Shown: piece by piece, positions 1 to 13,800 of the stretch
How positions within the stretch are numbered: position 1 is the stretch's first letter
Layout: each line of letters begins with the position of its first letter
Origin: Selaginella moellendorffii
Taxonomy: Eukaryota; Plantae; Lycopodiophyta
Assembly (NCBI RefSeq): GCF_000143415.4
Contig: NW_003314275.1
Location: 2,523,419 to 2,587,418 of the forward strand
Length of the DNA stretch: 64,000 nucleotides
Direction: 5' to 3'
The notes under the pieces: model-generated
Databases searched by the model: none
Told to the model about the DNA's origin: nothing
Seen by the model: the letters and a program-made list of their open reading frames with translations, nothing else
Made by a program: the position numbers and the translations under genes

Positions 1-2072
1 ACATTTAACTCCAAATAACCTAAGACCTTTAATCAATTGGAAAAAAGAGTGCACTTTTATTCATGGGTTTTTTCCCTTTATATTTGAACCTTTATAGATT
101 ATCTCTCAAGTCATTCTCTTTAATTACTTACAATCCACCACACTTCTTTGTAAATTCACACCTTTGTGAGAAGTTGAGAACTGCAACTCTCCCTAAGAGC
201 CCCACTCTTTGATACTAAATATCCCAAGACCTTGCTCACAGTTTGCATGATATAGATAACCCTGCTTATCATGTTCTCAAATACTTTTAACAGTCTTTTT
301 TCTTTGTTCATCAAGTAGACATTGGGGAACTTTAGAGTCTCTATCTGTTATTTATATGGAAATCAATTTTGTGATATTGTAAATCATATCATTTAAAGTT
401 TTGTTCACTACAAAAGCAATATGTGTAATTGAGAAAAATGAAGCACACAATAAGAAATTTATATTTGTGAGTATAAAGTTTAGTTATACTCTTTAGTTGC
501 TCCTTTGGCCTATGATTGTTTGTAATGCATACTAGTGTCTTCAACTTTAAAGACTTTACATATTGAATTTTATACTCAATTTGTAAAAACTCAGCCAAGA
601 GCTCTTTTCAACCCTTCTCCATATACACAAGTTCATATACATCTTGCTTGACCTTTACTAAAGGATAGAAACAAAAAAAATATAAATAATCCCTTATAAA
701 GTGAAGGAAAGACATACCTTATAGCACATCATAAACATAAAATTGATTGGGTTGTTGAACCAGATCATACCATCATTTTGAGTTTATAAGTATTGCAAGA
801 TCATCACAATAATATTGTCAGATATCATCCTCACTCAACTTTACCAAAAACTATAGTTCTTTGATGTCATGAACAAAGTTCTACTTTTGGACAAAAAATT
901 ATCTAAGTCTACATTCAAACATGACAAAGCAAGTGAAAGTGGAGTTGAAAGCAAAATTTTAACAAACTTATATATTGATCTTTTGGCAGGCTAAGACATG
1001 TCTATTGACATCCAAAAGAAGCTACATAATTACGGTTACTGTCAATAATTTAGAATATTATCCTTGCAAGCTATCAAGTCTCAGGATGGCTAATAAGCAT
1101 GTTATTGAATTCAAAAGACATCCTTTTCCAAATAGGATCTTTGCATTTCATGATCTCGAGTGTGACGGTAACAATTTTTATTATTCCTAGCTTGCAAAAA
1201 GCATATTACTACCCTTGGTGACCTAAAGCTCCTTTTAAAAGTGTTTGAATTAGTATTTGGATATTCAATGAAATATCTAAATAATCAGGTGCAAAAAGAT
1301 TAATATTTGTGTCTACAAATATAGATTCATTCAACTTGAAACAATACAAAATAGTGTTAGAAAAATATTTATTGATATGATATATTTGAATGGAATGTAG
1401 ATCAGATTTAGTTTTAAAACTTACAAATATCTAATTAAAAAACTAGAATTTTTTTATTTATTAGTTTATTAAGTTATATGTTAACTTAAATATTACTTAT
1501 TTATTTGGTTAATATAAACTGAGGATTTTTGTTTTGTGCCTTGTAGCAATTGCCTAATATGTGTTTACATATTAAACTGTATTTTACACCACTTACTGAA
1601 TTTTAAATGTATTTTATAAAATATAGAAGATAAACAATAATGCTAAAATTTAATTTAACTCAATGAATTTTAGAGTTAAATGAAATTAGGTGGGAAACTT
1701 ATAACTATTTTTAAGTTATAGTTTATTCAACTTGAGTTTAGAAGTTGATACAAATGGAAAAATTTAATACAAAAATAATATATTGTCCTAGGTTAATTGT
1801 TCATCAATTTTTAATTTATAACTTAGTGATTGTGAGTAATATATTTACAAACTTTTTTGGTTAAATAATGATCAGCCCTAAAGTGGTTGATGATATGCTA
1901 GTCTACTTACATATAGTAGCATTGTAGTAGTTTCGATTTTCTTTCAGCCCTCTCACCATTTTGCTTGTTCTATTATAATTGATTTTTTGTCGTAAATGAT
2001 GCTCTTGCTCTTCATTACAAATATAGTTCTTCAACCACAAAAAGATTCTCCAGGCTTCAACTGCTAGAGTCA

Positions 2073-2148
2073 TTCCACTGCATATCCAGCCAACACAAAG
2101 CTATCTCGACTTCCACTGCATATCCAGCCAACACGAAGCTATCTCGAC
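2073..2148. repeat. 38-bp tandem duplication (2 copies, 1 mismatch)
   Basis: ttccactgcatatccagccaacac(a/g)aagctatctcgac occurs at 2073-2110 and 2111-2148. Confidence 0.9.
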
Positions 2149-2199
2149 CTGGAGCACATCTCCATGGCAGTTCCCTTCATGACCTCTGCACTAACATCA

Positions 2200-4270
2200 T
2201 CCAAAGAATGTCTACCCTAAACTCTCTCTTATAACACTCTCCCGTACGTTTTCGGATTGCACCAGTTTGGCAACTCACTGGGGAAAGCACGTCCCAAGTG
2301 CGCAGATACTAAGAGATTCAGTGTTGATGGTGTGCAACTCTCAAGGGGCGAATGAGTCTCAATCCCAAGTGATTGGAGGTCCAAAGTCAAAGATTCTGAG
2401 GTAGCATCGATGTTCAAGCTCCGAGGCAATGGTATGAAAGAAAGACAATAAGCACAGAAAGGCATCACACAAATTTTCCCGTGTCTCATCCATCCTTGAA
2501 GCAGCCCGTCATAGGCAGTCGATTGACAAGCCGAAAGGACCAAGCGACTTGGCCAACTGTCAACGAGAACCAACCGCCATGAAACTTTCCAACGCCAGAG
2601 AGACCAAGCGCTTTGGCCATCCCCAGTGAAAGATTGTTAACGACAGGCCACAACTAGACGAACGAGACCACGGAACAAGAAAACATAGAAAGCAGTTCAA
2701 ATGTAACAGTTATGACAGAAAGCAAGGAAGTGCAGATTAACATTCTCAGCGATTTGAGACAAAGAATGCACCTCAGAACTGTGACGATCGGAAACCTCAA
2801 GAGACAGGGGAGAAAGAGGCATTACGTACCACAGGATCGTGCCCCTCAACAAGCTGTCTCCGCATCGCGAATGGGACAGAACTTATCCCAGGAGACAGTG
2901 CCCTGCTCCCGAATCAGGTTCGGGCCTGTGAGTAACAAAATAGTTCTCGCAAAGACACTCACAGCATTAAAACAATAGAAACAAAACGTGAACTGTACCA
3001 GTCAAAAGAAATACCGTTTGAGATGAACTCCATCGGTAGTGTCGTGCCCGTCAACTCTGCTAGCCAATACGAATTAGTGCCAGCACGAGAAAGTACCTGA
3101 TAACGACCAATCCAAGAAGGCTGGAACTTGGCAAAGTGATGCACAGCCGTATCAAGTCGCCACACAGGACGAATTTACGAATATAAGACTGAAAGCGCTG
3201 GTTAAACTGCCGCAGCGGTTCTGGTGGTTGTTGTCCAATGAGATCAAGCTCGTCCTTGCTCTCCAGAACTTCAAACCTCGTCACAAAAAGTTTGGTCAGT
3301 GAGTCGAGAAGTCAAGAAAGAAAGACCTAACACTTTCCTTTCATCAATGTGTCCAGGGATGATAGCCACTGTGTGCGCATCCAAATCTCTCAAATTCTGC
3401 CCAAGCACTGCTGTCCCAGCCATCGTTTTGGGTTTTCTCAGTCCAGGACATCACACCCTCCCCCCAGGGACATCCTGGATGCATGCGAAGCAGAATTTCC
3501 TCTCTTCCTACCAAGAAGGACACGACCCCAAATCACGAACGATCCCCACATCATAACCCATACCTCCCAACCTTGAGCTCGTTCCCGGCGGTAGCAGAAA
3601 AGCGACCAGGTGATGCGCCAAATGCCTCATTTCTTGAAAATGGGGTACAAAAGGAATGCCTACCCTGAACTCTTTCTCTCTCTAGTACAGATCACCCCGT
3701 ACACTCCTTCGTACGTTCTAGAAAGCCAACCAGTCCATAGTTGTGGGAACACTGCTGTTTAGCTGGTACCTCCGTTTGCTGATGGTAGCAACTGCCATTT
3801 CCCTGTTCTTGGGAGAAAAGCGCGATACACTATTAGTACCACTCAATGGAGTGAACACGATGATAGCTGATAGGAAAATCTGCATCAACATCGGTTCGAA
3901 TTATAGTTAGCAAAGAGATAGCGGACTATTTGTATGCCAGTGTTGGGATCAACCAGTGGAACCTGTTCTTGACAATGATAATGAAGGGAAAAAATAGACC
4001 AAAAGGTTACCTGTGTTGAACCCGAGATTTGCTTGAGCTTGGAGCAATTAAGTGACCCTTTGCCCGTGTAAGGAAGTTCCAGGTCGCACAGGGCTTCTCT
4101 TACGAGCCTTGCAAACTACCAAAAACTTTTAGAATTCTTTGAAAACAAAGCACTTTACATGGTTGTTCGAGTAGAGCTCAAGTAGCTTCTGTGGAGGATT
4201 TGGCAATGCTCCATTCTACAGTGACATCCCTCGCCCTGCTCGTATTATTGTCGGCACCCAGCCAGTGACT
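2200..4270 (-). mobile_element. Degenerate Ty3/Gypsy retrotransposon remnant (integrase C-terminal region recognisable)
   Basis: ORF 2959-3165(-) reads KFQPSWIGRYQVLSRAGTNSYWL, resembling the Gypsy integrase GPY/F module (KLxPxWxGPYxV..NxYxL). Neighbouring frames are broken. Limits are approximate. Confidence 0.55.
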
Positions 4271-4779
4271 AAAGTGCTCGAACACACTATGATGAAATAC
4301 CGAAGAGTTTCACTTCAGTAAAACTTCTTACCTTTCTAAAATCCCGAATGTTGGCTTGCTTCTCTCACCATATTCTTGGAACAAGTAGTTGACAATATCG
4401 GCTGCCAGAGGCATTCATGCAAGCTGATTGTGATGGAAAGAAAACGAGAAAGTTACTCACGGCTCTCGTACATTGACACGCCGGTGTTTGGATCCAAGAG
4501 AAATGGAAGCCTGTCATATTCGATGAGAATCTGTTACAGACAAGAGTGTATCACTTACTGCTCTTTTCCTCCAGACAATTTCACAAACGCACAATGGACT
4601 CGAGATCCTTTGGGGCACGGATACAACTACACAAAAATTGAAAAAGTTTCCATCTGCAACTTCCGCAAGACACTACCTCGGCATAAAGATCGTGTTTCTC
4701 TCACTCGTCTACAGAAGGGACAGGCCTCTATATACAAACAAGAAAAATCAACAAAAAACTGCAATACGAAGTTTAAGCT

Positions 4780-5550
4780 TACCGAATTCGTAGAGCTTGA
4801 AGAGCTCAAGTTGAAGATACGATCTGTGTCTTGACGTTGTCTCTCAAGGCGGCCTTGCCAAGCTTGCAATTCCCCAAGACAGAAGATGTTTGATGGCAGA
4901 AAAAAAAGATAATTACATACCCATATGAGCTTGAGTAGCTGAAAAAGGAAGCCCATTCCACATTCGATCACATAGATGAAGACTCTCCAGCGATTGCATC
5001 TCAACTATAACAACATATCAGGTAGCATTCGAAGAGGATTTAGTCAGCTGGATCGTCTGGAGATATTTGACTTGAGTGACAACAAACTCAGCAACGAAGT
5101 TCCTCCACTGGATAAGTGCACAAACCTCGGTTATCTTGACCTCCATGGAAACTCAATACAGAGCAAGGTGCCAACTTTTGGTGCACCTGCCTTACGTGGA
5201 TCTCTGTGAACAAGTTCCACAGAGAGATCAGCTCAAGGCTAGCGAACTGCTTATACCTCAAAGTGGTCAACTTTGCACAAAATAATCTCACAGGCCCGCT
5301 TGAGCTGATGAAGTTGACAAGTTTGTTCTCCTTTGTCATATCCAACAAGTTGAGTGGCAACATTCCAGTAAAAAAGCTTGAATTCCACATACCTCAGATA
5401 TAATGGGAACCAATTCACAAGGTGTGATTCCCCAAGAAATTTGCAGCTGGATTATGATCCTGTCTTTTGCATACAACAAGCTCATTCTCTCCAGATTGAA
5501 AATTCTTCATGATCAGTCTCTTAACTCAACAAGCTCCATGGCAGGATCCT
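4780..5550 (+). pseudogene. LRR receptor-like kinase/protein ectodomain fragment, frameshifted
   Basis: Plant extracellular LRR consensus in successive broken frames: LQRLHLNYNNISGSI, LEIFDLSDNKLSNEVP, LGYLDLHGNSIQSKVP, LKVVNFAQNNLTGPL, SNKLSGNIP. Stops and frameshifts are present; no TM or kinase domain follows. Confidence 0.8.
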
Positions 5551-6059
5551 TTAATGTTTGATTAATTGATTGATTTATTTATTTAATACTTGTTTTTTTA
5601 TTTCCTTTAATGTTTGAAATGGTTCCAACCACTTATTTGGTTTTCCATTGGGATTCCAAGGCAAATGGAACCTTTCCATTGCCTCCTTGTGGATATGGGA
5701 CCAAAGATCACTTTGAGCACTTTGCAAGTTATATCAAAAGCTAAGAATTTGCATTTGGCTGTTTGTGGCAGCAATCAATGTGTGTGTGGTATTGGTTACA
5801 TTTTAGGAATCATGTTTTGATCAGTAAACACAAATCCCTAAGTACCAAAATGGAGTTGAAAGTGTGTCATGTGAAAATGGATAAAGTAGAAGTCCAACTA
5901 ATGTAATACATTTGAACTAAAAGTTCCAACTTAGAAAGTTGAGAATGAGAGTGGAATTCCCAAAGGAACAAATACAAAGTGATCAATGAAGCAAGTTTTT
6001 AAAACAAGATACAAAAAGAATTAATACATGGCAAATGTCATAACACACAGAAGTGTCAG

Positions 6060-6275
6060 AACCAAGTTTGGGATCTAGTCTGAGATTGAGTTTGATTTCA
6101 AGTTCGATACCAAATTTGAGATTAAATCCAAGATCAAGTTTGAGAAATAGAGGTTGAGATTAGGTTTGAGAGGGAGTCCGAGTTCAAATTCAAATTCAAG
6201 ATTGAGACTGAAATTGAGACCAAGATTGAGACTAAGACCAAAACTGAGACTGAGACCAAGACTAAATCCAAGGGT
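6060..6275. repeat. Degenerate hexamer array (GAGACT/GAGATT/AAGACC-type units)
   Basis: Visible 6-bp periodicity, e.g. gagactgaaattgagaccaagattgagactaagaccaaaactgagactgagaccaagact. Confidence 0.65.
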
Positions 6276-7466
6276 GAAAGCTTAAAGAAATTGTCTCTAG
6301 ACCCTAAAGGGTTTAGTAAATCCTTACAAAGTGGAATTAGTGGGGCTAAAAAGTTAGTATGACCAAGGAAGACTACATTTAGGTGGTGGAAGATGATATA
6401 ATTACTAAAGAGTCCAATGCTAAAGTGAATATAAATAGATAAATAGGGTTATTTGATGAAGTATTTAATAACTATGAGAGATCGAATGATCAATGTTCCC
6501 AATTCAACTATGAGTGGCACTACCTTGCATGGATCATCAGAACCTTGCTTTAGCCACATTGTTAGGGCATTCTAGTGGTAGAAGGTGGGGGGAGTACCTA
6601 TGAGACTCACATTAAGTTGCAATGTTTCGAACTATCATCCCAAAGATTTAAACTATGGAAAGTAAAAGGAATAATCCTTTTGTTTAGTGACCAAGGGTAT
6701 AGTTACATGGTGAAGAAGTATCAAAGGTTAGTAATATTTAGTGGATATGCATTCAAGCCCTAAACTAATACTGGTGGTGGTGAGCATTACTATGAATAGT
6801 GAGTATAGTATATATAGTTTTCCCCTTTTATTCTATGGTGATTTACTATAAGATAACCACAAAATAGAACTTATCCCTTTATATGACACATGCCACATGC
6901 TTAAGGACAATGGATTGTAACTTGAGTTTTAGAGCCTTGGGCCACTAAAGGAAGAGATAGAGCCCAACTCCCAAACTTGCAGCCAAAGAGTGAAAGAACT
7001 AGAGCATAGAACTACTCTTAAACATTCAGCCCAAAAAGCAAAAGGACAAAAACCCAAAGTGACATTGGAATAATTCTAGAGTTTATAGCATCCCAATCCC
7101 CAAGACTAGCATATAAAACGGAGCTAAAACAAAATCTGGGGCTATTTCAATATATTGAGGGCTTAACCCGGGGATATAGGTACTCCCCCAGCTAACATGT
7201 TTTGGAACTTGGGCTTGGCCTTAGACCCAAGTCGAATGTAAAACAACCATGCAAGCGGGAATTGGACTATCCCTTAAGTTAGTTTGCCATTTTGAACCCC
7301 TTCCCACCACCCCCCCCCCCCCCCCCCTCCCTTTTGAGGAACACGTGCTTTGGGATTTCACCCTTAACCACCTTTAGTACCAAAAGTTAATCTCTGGGAC
7401 AAGTGTAAAGTTTACTAAATATAGTATGGTGCTAGGTTGTGAATTTAGATATAGAACCAACACCAT

Positions 7467-7892
7467 TGTAATCTTTATATTCCGTAGATATGCCGCAAAC
7501 TAAACACTTTCTATAAATAGTAATTAGGACCAAACAGAACTAACACAAAGGGCATGATAACGAGGGTGTTTAGCAGACATAATAAGATATCATCTAACAA
7601 TATTGAGGGACTAATATCAATATGCAAAAGTTCTTGTCAAGCTAGTGCAAGACAAAGCAAAAGAAAACTAAAAGCCAGGCCAAGTATGCTTAGCAAGAAA
7701 CATATAGGAGTTTCTACCTTATGTTCATCTGATTAAGTACAGTTGCTAAACCCAATTTACTAACACTTGAACAAGAGGAACTGAAAAAGGGTCTAGCAAT
7801 ACTAACTTTTTACCATTGTGACAGTAAGGAAACAATATCCAAAAGGACTAGCCAATAAGTACCTTTCGATACCCACAATTATATTTATAACA
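7467..7892 (-). repeat. LTR (3' LTR of the Gypsy element)
   Basis: TG...CA termini; polypurine tract immediately adjacent (7893-7905, minus strand); visibly homologous to ~14600-14790 and ~19198-19550. Confidence 0.75.
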
Positions 7893-10800
7893 TTTTCCCC
7901 CTCTTAGGGAAGATCGACGTTCTCGTTGATGCATACTCTAATCTAGATCATCGCTAAGGAAACAACTCCAAATTTTTTTTATAGTATTCACACTTTATGA
8001 GAAATGCACTGATTTAAATGAGTTAGGAGGTAATTTCTCTCTCTAATGCAAATGCATTACAACTCAAACCCTTTATGGCTGTCGCTAACAAGGAAATGAC
8101 TAATGGAGTTAGCCACCTTTACTGCTTTGGGTGTCACCCAACTTACAAAAATGATATACCCCTACTTATATGTGGTATAGAGAGAGAAGTTAAAGGCCCC
8201 AACCCTCATGAGTAAAGAAACCAAACCTATTAGTAAGGTTTAGACAGACTACTGTAAACAGGCATGGTCATGCCCTTTTAACGGTCAAGCATTTTAATGC
8301 TCTTTACATAGTCACCCCTTTTAACGAAATAAAAAACATCAAAAAAGAAGCAAGTGATGTGACAAGTCAATAATAGCTATCCCATGACTAAAAATTTCAC
8401 CATGCATACAAAGTGCTGAAAGCAATTTACCTATATTGGCCATATTAAAGTTAGAGCTAATGATATCTTAGAGACTTAATTATTAGTGAATAAATCTTAG
8501 ATTAAAACACAAAATTATTCCAAGTAAATTATCATTGATAAACTAATATTAGAGTACAAGAACCACCAAGATCATCATATTTGGAAAACATAAGATTCAC
8601 TATCTAATAAAATTCAATAGCAAGTGTACTATCAAGAACACTCAATGATAAAATTTAATTATCAAAGATTATAGACAATATGCCAAAAAACTTACAAAAA
8701 ATAACTAAAAGAACATAAAATATCATCGATTGGCAAGCAAAATGCTCATGAATGTATCACCTAACGGAAATAATATCCAATCTATCAAAACCAACTATAG
8801 TAATAATGTTGCAAAGTAAATAAACATTTGTTTATGCCAACTATCACATCAACTAATTTGAATAGATCTTAGTCATCAATACTAAAAAACTAGAGTTGCT
8901 CAAGTAAGCGTCAACAATATTCTATCAATATTTTAAACCCAAAAGACCAATCCAGAACAAACCATAAAGAACATATGGTAATGTGAAAAGTCATAAACTA
9001 TCAAAAAGAATAATTAACTATAATAAAAGATCATCAATCATCCCATTAATAGAGAGATACATAATCATTGTTGAAGAAAGATTCCATCATCCCAAAGAAA
9101 GGTAAATCATTCTATATCAACACTATTTAAATAAAACCTTTGACAAGAATAATAGACTATCCTAAATGATAGTCAATCATCACTAATAATTGCTATATGT
9201 AAATACTAACTCCAATATCGAAGTTAATGAGCAAAAATGATTTCCCTAACAACTTCTAACAAATGAAACAATGAGCATAAAACTCAAAAAACCAAAAACT
9301 CAAAGAAGCCTATAGCTAAGTCTTGCCTAATAATGATTATGAGTTTTGCATAAACTAACTTCAATGCCAAAAAAAAAATCATGATATAACCCACAATATT
9401 CTTCTTAACACATCCAAAAGCCAAATTTCATAATGCAAAAGCTAATAGAGTATGTCTACATTAATTTAAAAGTCAAGTAAAACAAAGTTATACTCAACAA
9501 GTGATCACCAAATGATCCTCCATGAATCCATCTTCCATAGCAAAACATAATTCACTTTATAACAAGCATAAGAAAAATCATCAATGATTGATATATTCTC
9601 AACTCAAATCTAATAAGGATTCAATCACTTTAATATTGATCATTAACTCTTCTTCTTATAAAATTAGTATAGTCCACAACTAAATCACGTTTCAAGGAAA
9701 AGCCAAAGCTCAACCGCTACTAAATAATCTAGTCTAGAAGATAACTAACTCAAACTTACCATTTAATTTGTTTGAATGCTAATATAATTGCTAGCTAATA
9801 ATTGCACGAATGCCAAAACCACAAAGCTATAGCCAAATCATCAACACTATCAACATTGAGATTAATGAAACTCAATATCAATTTTTAAAGAGACATATCA
9901 TTTTATTCGAGTTACAACATCAACAATGTCAATGACAAGACATCACTTTAATGCCATCAACACCAGAATAAAGCTAAAAGAAAGAATGAATAAATCACCA
10001 TTCAAAGCTTTTTAGCAACTAAGTTAACTAAGGTCAAAGATACTATATTTAATATTCGAGACCAATCTTTCGACAATATTCAATTATAAATAACATATCA
10101 TTAATGAGTGAATCATTACATCCAAGACTCAATGTAATCCAACATTATGGACTAAACACAACCAAATAATATCGACAGAGATGGAATTGTTATGCCAACA
10201 TGGAAAAACCATGTAAGTTAACGACATGATCCTTTGCAACACTATCCGGTAGAGTAAGTATATCACTGCTAAATCATCATTAAAAAAAGCAAGTGTTAAC
10301 AATTTTTAATGAAGTCTATAAGTAATTATTAGTCGTAGAGCAACTAGCAATCACTCTTCAGCTTGCTTTTAGAAGACCCAAATACTAAATTCATGTCATC
10401 AAGTCATACATCCGTCCCCACAAAATAAAGAAGGCCATCTTCAAGGCGATATTGAGAATGTAAATGCTGGAAAGGCAAGTCATTAGCAAGTGATGCAGGA
10501 TCCTCAAACGCATCTCGAAGCCTTCAAATCCATGGCTCAATCTTTTGAGCCTCGCAAACCTCATCAAGAGAAGGTAGATTTTGCTCTGCGCCTTATGGAC
10601 ACTGAACATCAAGTATAACAACCGCCGATGGCACAGAATCCTCGTCTAGAAAATCCACAGATGCTGGAACAACAGGCTCATCAAAAACATGAGAAGAGAG
10701 TGGAGAAGGAATAAGAGCTCGAGAAAGGGCATCAACATCAGCCATAGAACTCCCTAGGCAATAAACAACATCAAAATCATATATCTAAAGCTTTAAAGCC

Positions 10801-13800
10801 CACTGAGCAATACAACCAACCAGGTTCTTCCGCTTCAATAATGAAATAATGGTAGCATGGTCACCTTCAAGTAACGTCCGAGAACCATGTAGATATGCAT
10901 GAAGTTTCTCGAAACCCTAAACGGCCGCTAAACACTCCTTATTTGTCGTGGAGTAGTTCACCTTTGCTGGTTGTAATGTACGGCTTATATATGCAATGGG
11001 ATGACACTGACCAGGCACACTTAGGCTCTCTTGCATTAACACACCTCCAAGACCAATATATGAAGCATCAATGCACAAAATAAAAAGTTGAGTGTAGTCA
11101 GGATATGCCAAAACCAGAGGAGTCGTCAACAGCTCTTTGAAATCCACAAACACCCACTCACAATCTGAAGACCAGATGAAAGATGACATCGATGACTTCA
11201 GCAACGCTCGCAATGGTGCAGTGTGATCAGAAAGATGATCCACAAAACGATCGAGATACTGCACCTTGCCCAAAAAGTGCTACACATCATTCACACACTT
11301 CGGAGTAGGGAATTTTAGAATGGCTACGAGGATCAACTTGCAAACCCTCACGAGAAATACGGTACCCAAGATAAATTGTGTCCTTGGACCCAAACATGCA
11401 CTTCGACCGCTCCAGCTTTAAACCAACATCCCATAACTGATCCAACACTTTACACACATCACGAATGTGCTCCGCCCACATCCCCTCCGAGTGAATCAAG
11501 ACATCATTAATGAAGTCACCAGTCACCTCTAGCATATCACAAAGAACCTCGTTCATCATCCGCTAGAAAGTTGCTAGAGCATTGTTCAAACCAAACAGCA
11601 TCACCAAAAACTCGTACAAACCAAACGGTGTACGAAAAGCAGTCTTAGGAATATCTTCGTCGGCCATCGGTACTTGCCAGTACCCAGAAGCAAGATCTAG
11701 CTTGGTGAACCAACGACTTCGCCCCAGACGATCCAAGAGATCAGCAGTGTGAGGAAGAAGGTATACATCCGGGATCGTCACTTCATTTAACAGACGATAG
11801 TCGATGCAGAAATGAATACTCCCATCAGGCTTCGTCACAAGATGAGGTTCACATGCCCAAGGACTCCGCGACTTCCGAATAACACCCTTCTCCAACATCT
11901 CCTTGACATTTGCATGTAAAATCTTGATCTCCTTGGGTGACCGACGACGAACATGAACCTTGATTGGACGAGCATCCCCGGTTGGAATGGGATGACATAT
12001 GGCAATCTTGGCCCCAGACAATAGGTCAAATTCAAAGAGATCAGAATACTCCTTCATGAGCTGATCAACAACTGTAACACAAAGATCATCGGAGGGATCG
12101 GAAAAGGGAAAAGCAAAACAAGATGGAAATACAAGAGGAAATAGTGGGGGAACAAAAGTAATGGAAGCAGAGGTAAAAGTAGAGGGACGAAGAGCTACGA
12201 AAGTGAGAGGAATAAATGAAATATAAGGAAGTATGAGACAAGGGGGAGAAGCCTCAAAGTCATACTTGGCATGATTGCGCTACAATCAATCCATACCAAA
12301 AATGAGGTTAAAAGCTTGACTCGGCACCACTCGCAACGACTGCAACTCAAGCTTGAGATCGCCCACACACACAACCAGGTCCGCCTCATCTCATGCATAT
12401 GCATGTGTACAACCGTTGCCATAAAGAATGAAAATTGGATCTGTCACATGACGCAAGTGTAGACGACAACGTGTGGCAACAGATCGAGCAATAGAAGATA
12501 AACTCGAACCTGTATCAACCAACACGGAGAGAAAAATAGGAGACCTCTTTTTATAAAAACGAGCTTGGAAAGTAAACACTAGATGAACCGGTGCCGAGTG
12601 AACCCCTTGATGATACTCCCGAAAGAAAGATGGAGGTGTCACTAACTTATGCAAGGTCCCTCCATTACTGGTGTGACTCCTCGTTTCCCGGATGCACCTC
12701 GGTATCCAAACCTTCCACCGCAGTAGCACCAACGGGACATTGTTGACGCCAAGGTCTCCACCCAAGAAATGGAGGTCGCCAATCCGGAAAGCGCCGACAA
12801 TGCCAATAAGTATGACCAACTTCTTGCCATCCCAGAAAAAGAATAACTCTCAGTCTAGGAATACAAATTTTCAAAACTCAACCAACTTCCTCTCACTTAC
12901 AACTTTACATAGGTTCACCTGAACACTAATTCTTATGACCCAATAGTATGCTTAAGCATTAAACATTATACCCATATTTCCAATATCCAACATCGACTTC
13001 CGTAAAATGCAAATGAATACTCAAGACTCAATAATAAAAACCATATTTTCATATATTCATATTGCACTAACACTCTTCTTTAATCATCTTCAAGATCTAG
13101 TATGAAGCCAAAATACTAATAAAAAAAATAACATGAAAAATCAAGCTCTAAAGAAAATTTCTCATCACTTGAAATAACAATGTCACTTCCACTAACACAA
13201 ATGTTAACAATATCAATGCCTCAACTTCACACCTTCTCCATCCAACAATTTACTCCAAGTGTTAATGGATAAACTAATAAGCCATAGCAAGTAAGTGTTA
13301 TAACTTTTTCCAACACCTCAATAAGCAAACCCTTAAGAAAATAAAATACTAACTTAAATTTAGCATAATGAATCACTATCGAGAATTTAGTCAAAACTAC
13401 TATAATGCTACTATATGCAAGTGGACTAGTTTCACTATTAACCACTTTGGAGGTTGATCATTATTTGACCAAATAACTTTGTAAACATATTGCTCACTAT
13501 CACATAGATATTATATAACAATCACAATAACTTGATCACTAATCGAGCAACACCACAAACAATGCCCATATCATTACTACAAAGATTTATGTGAGTATTG
13601 AATGTTATCTTGACTCAATAAAATGCAACATAAATACCACACCCACTGATAGAGATTTACAACACCTAACACTATTAACTTTTGTTCATAACATAGATAA
13701 GCTCATACCACTCTTTTTCCAACAAAACTCAAAACTAATCTTACATCAAACTGTTTAAAGAGCAATAGTAAAGTTCCCCAAAAAATAATTGAGCATTGTA

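Noticed and set aside
1-1260. Possible decayed DNA-transposon (hAT-like) coding sequence
   Set aside because: Texture is suggestive but I could not read any diagnostic motif.
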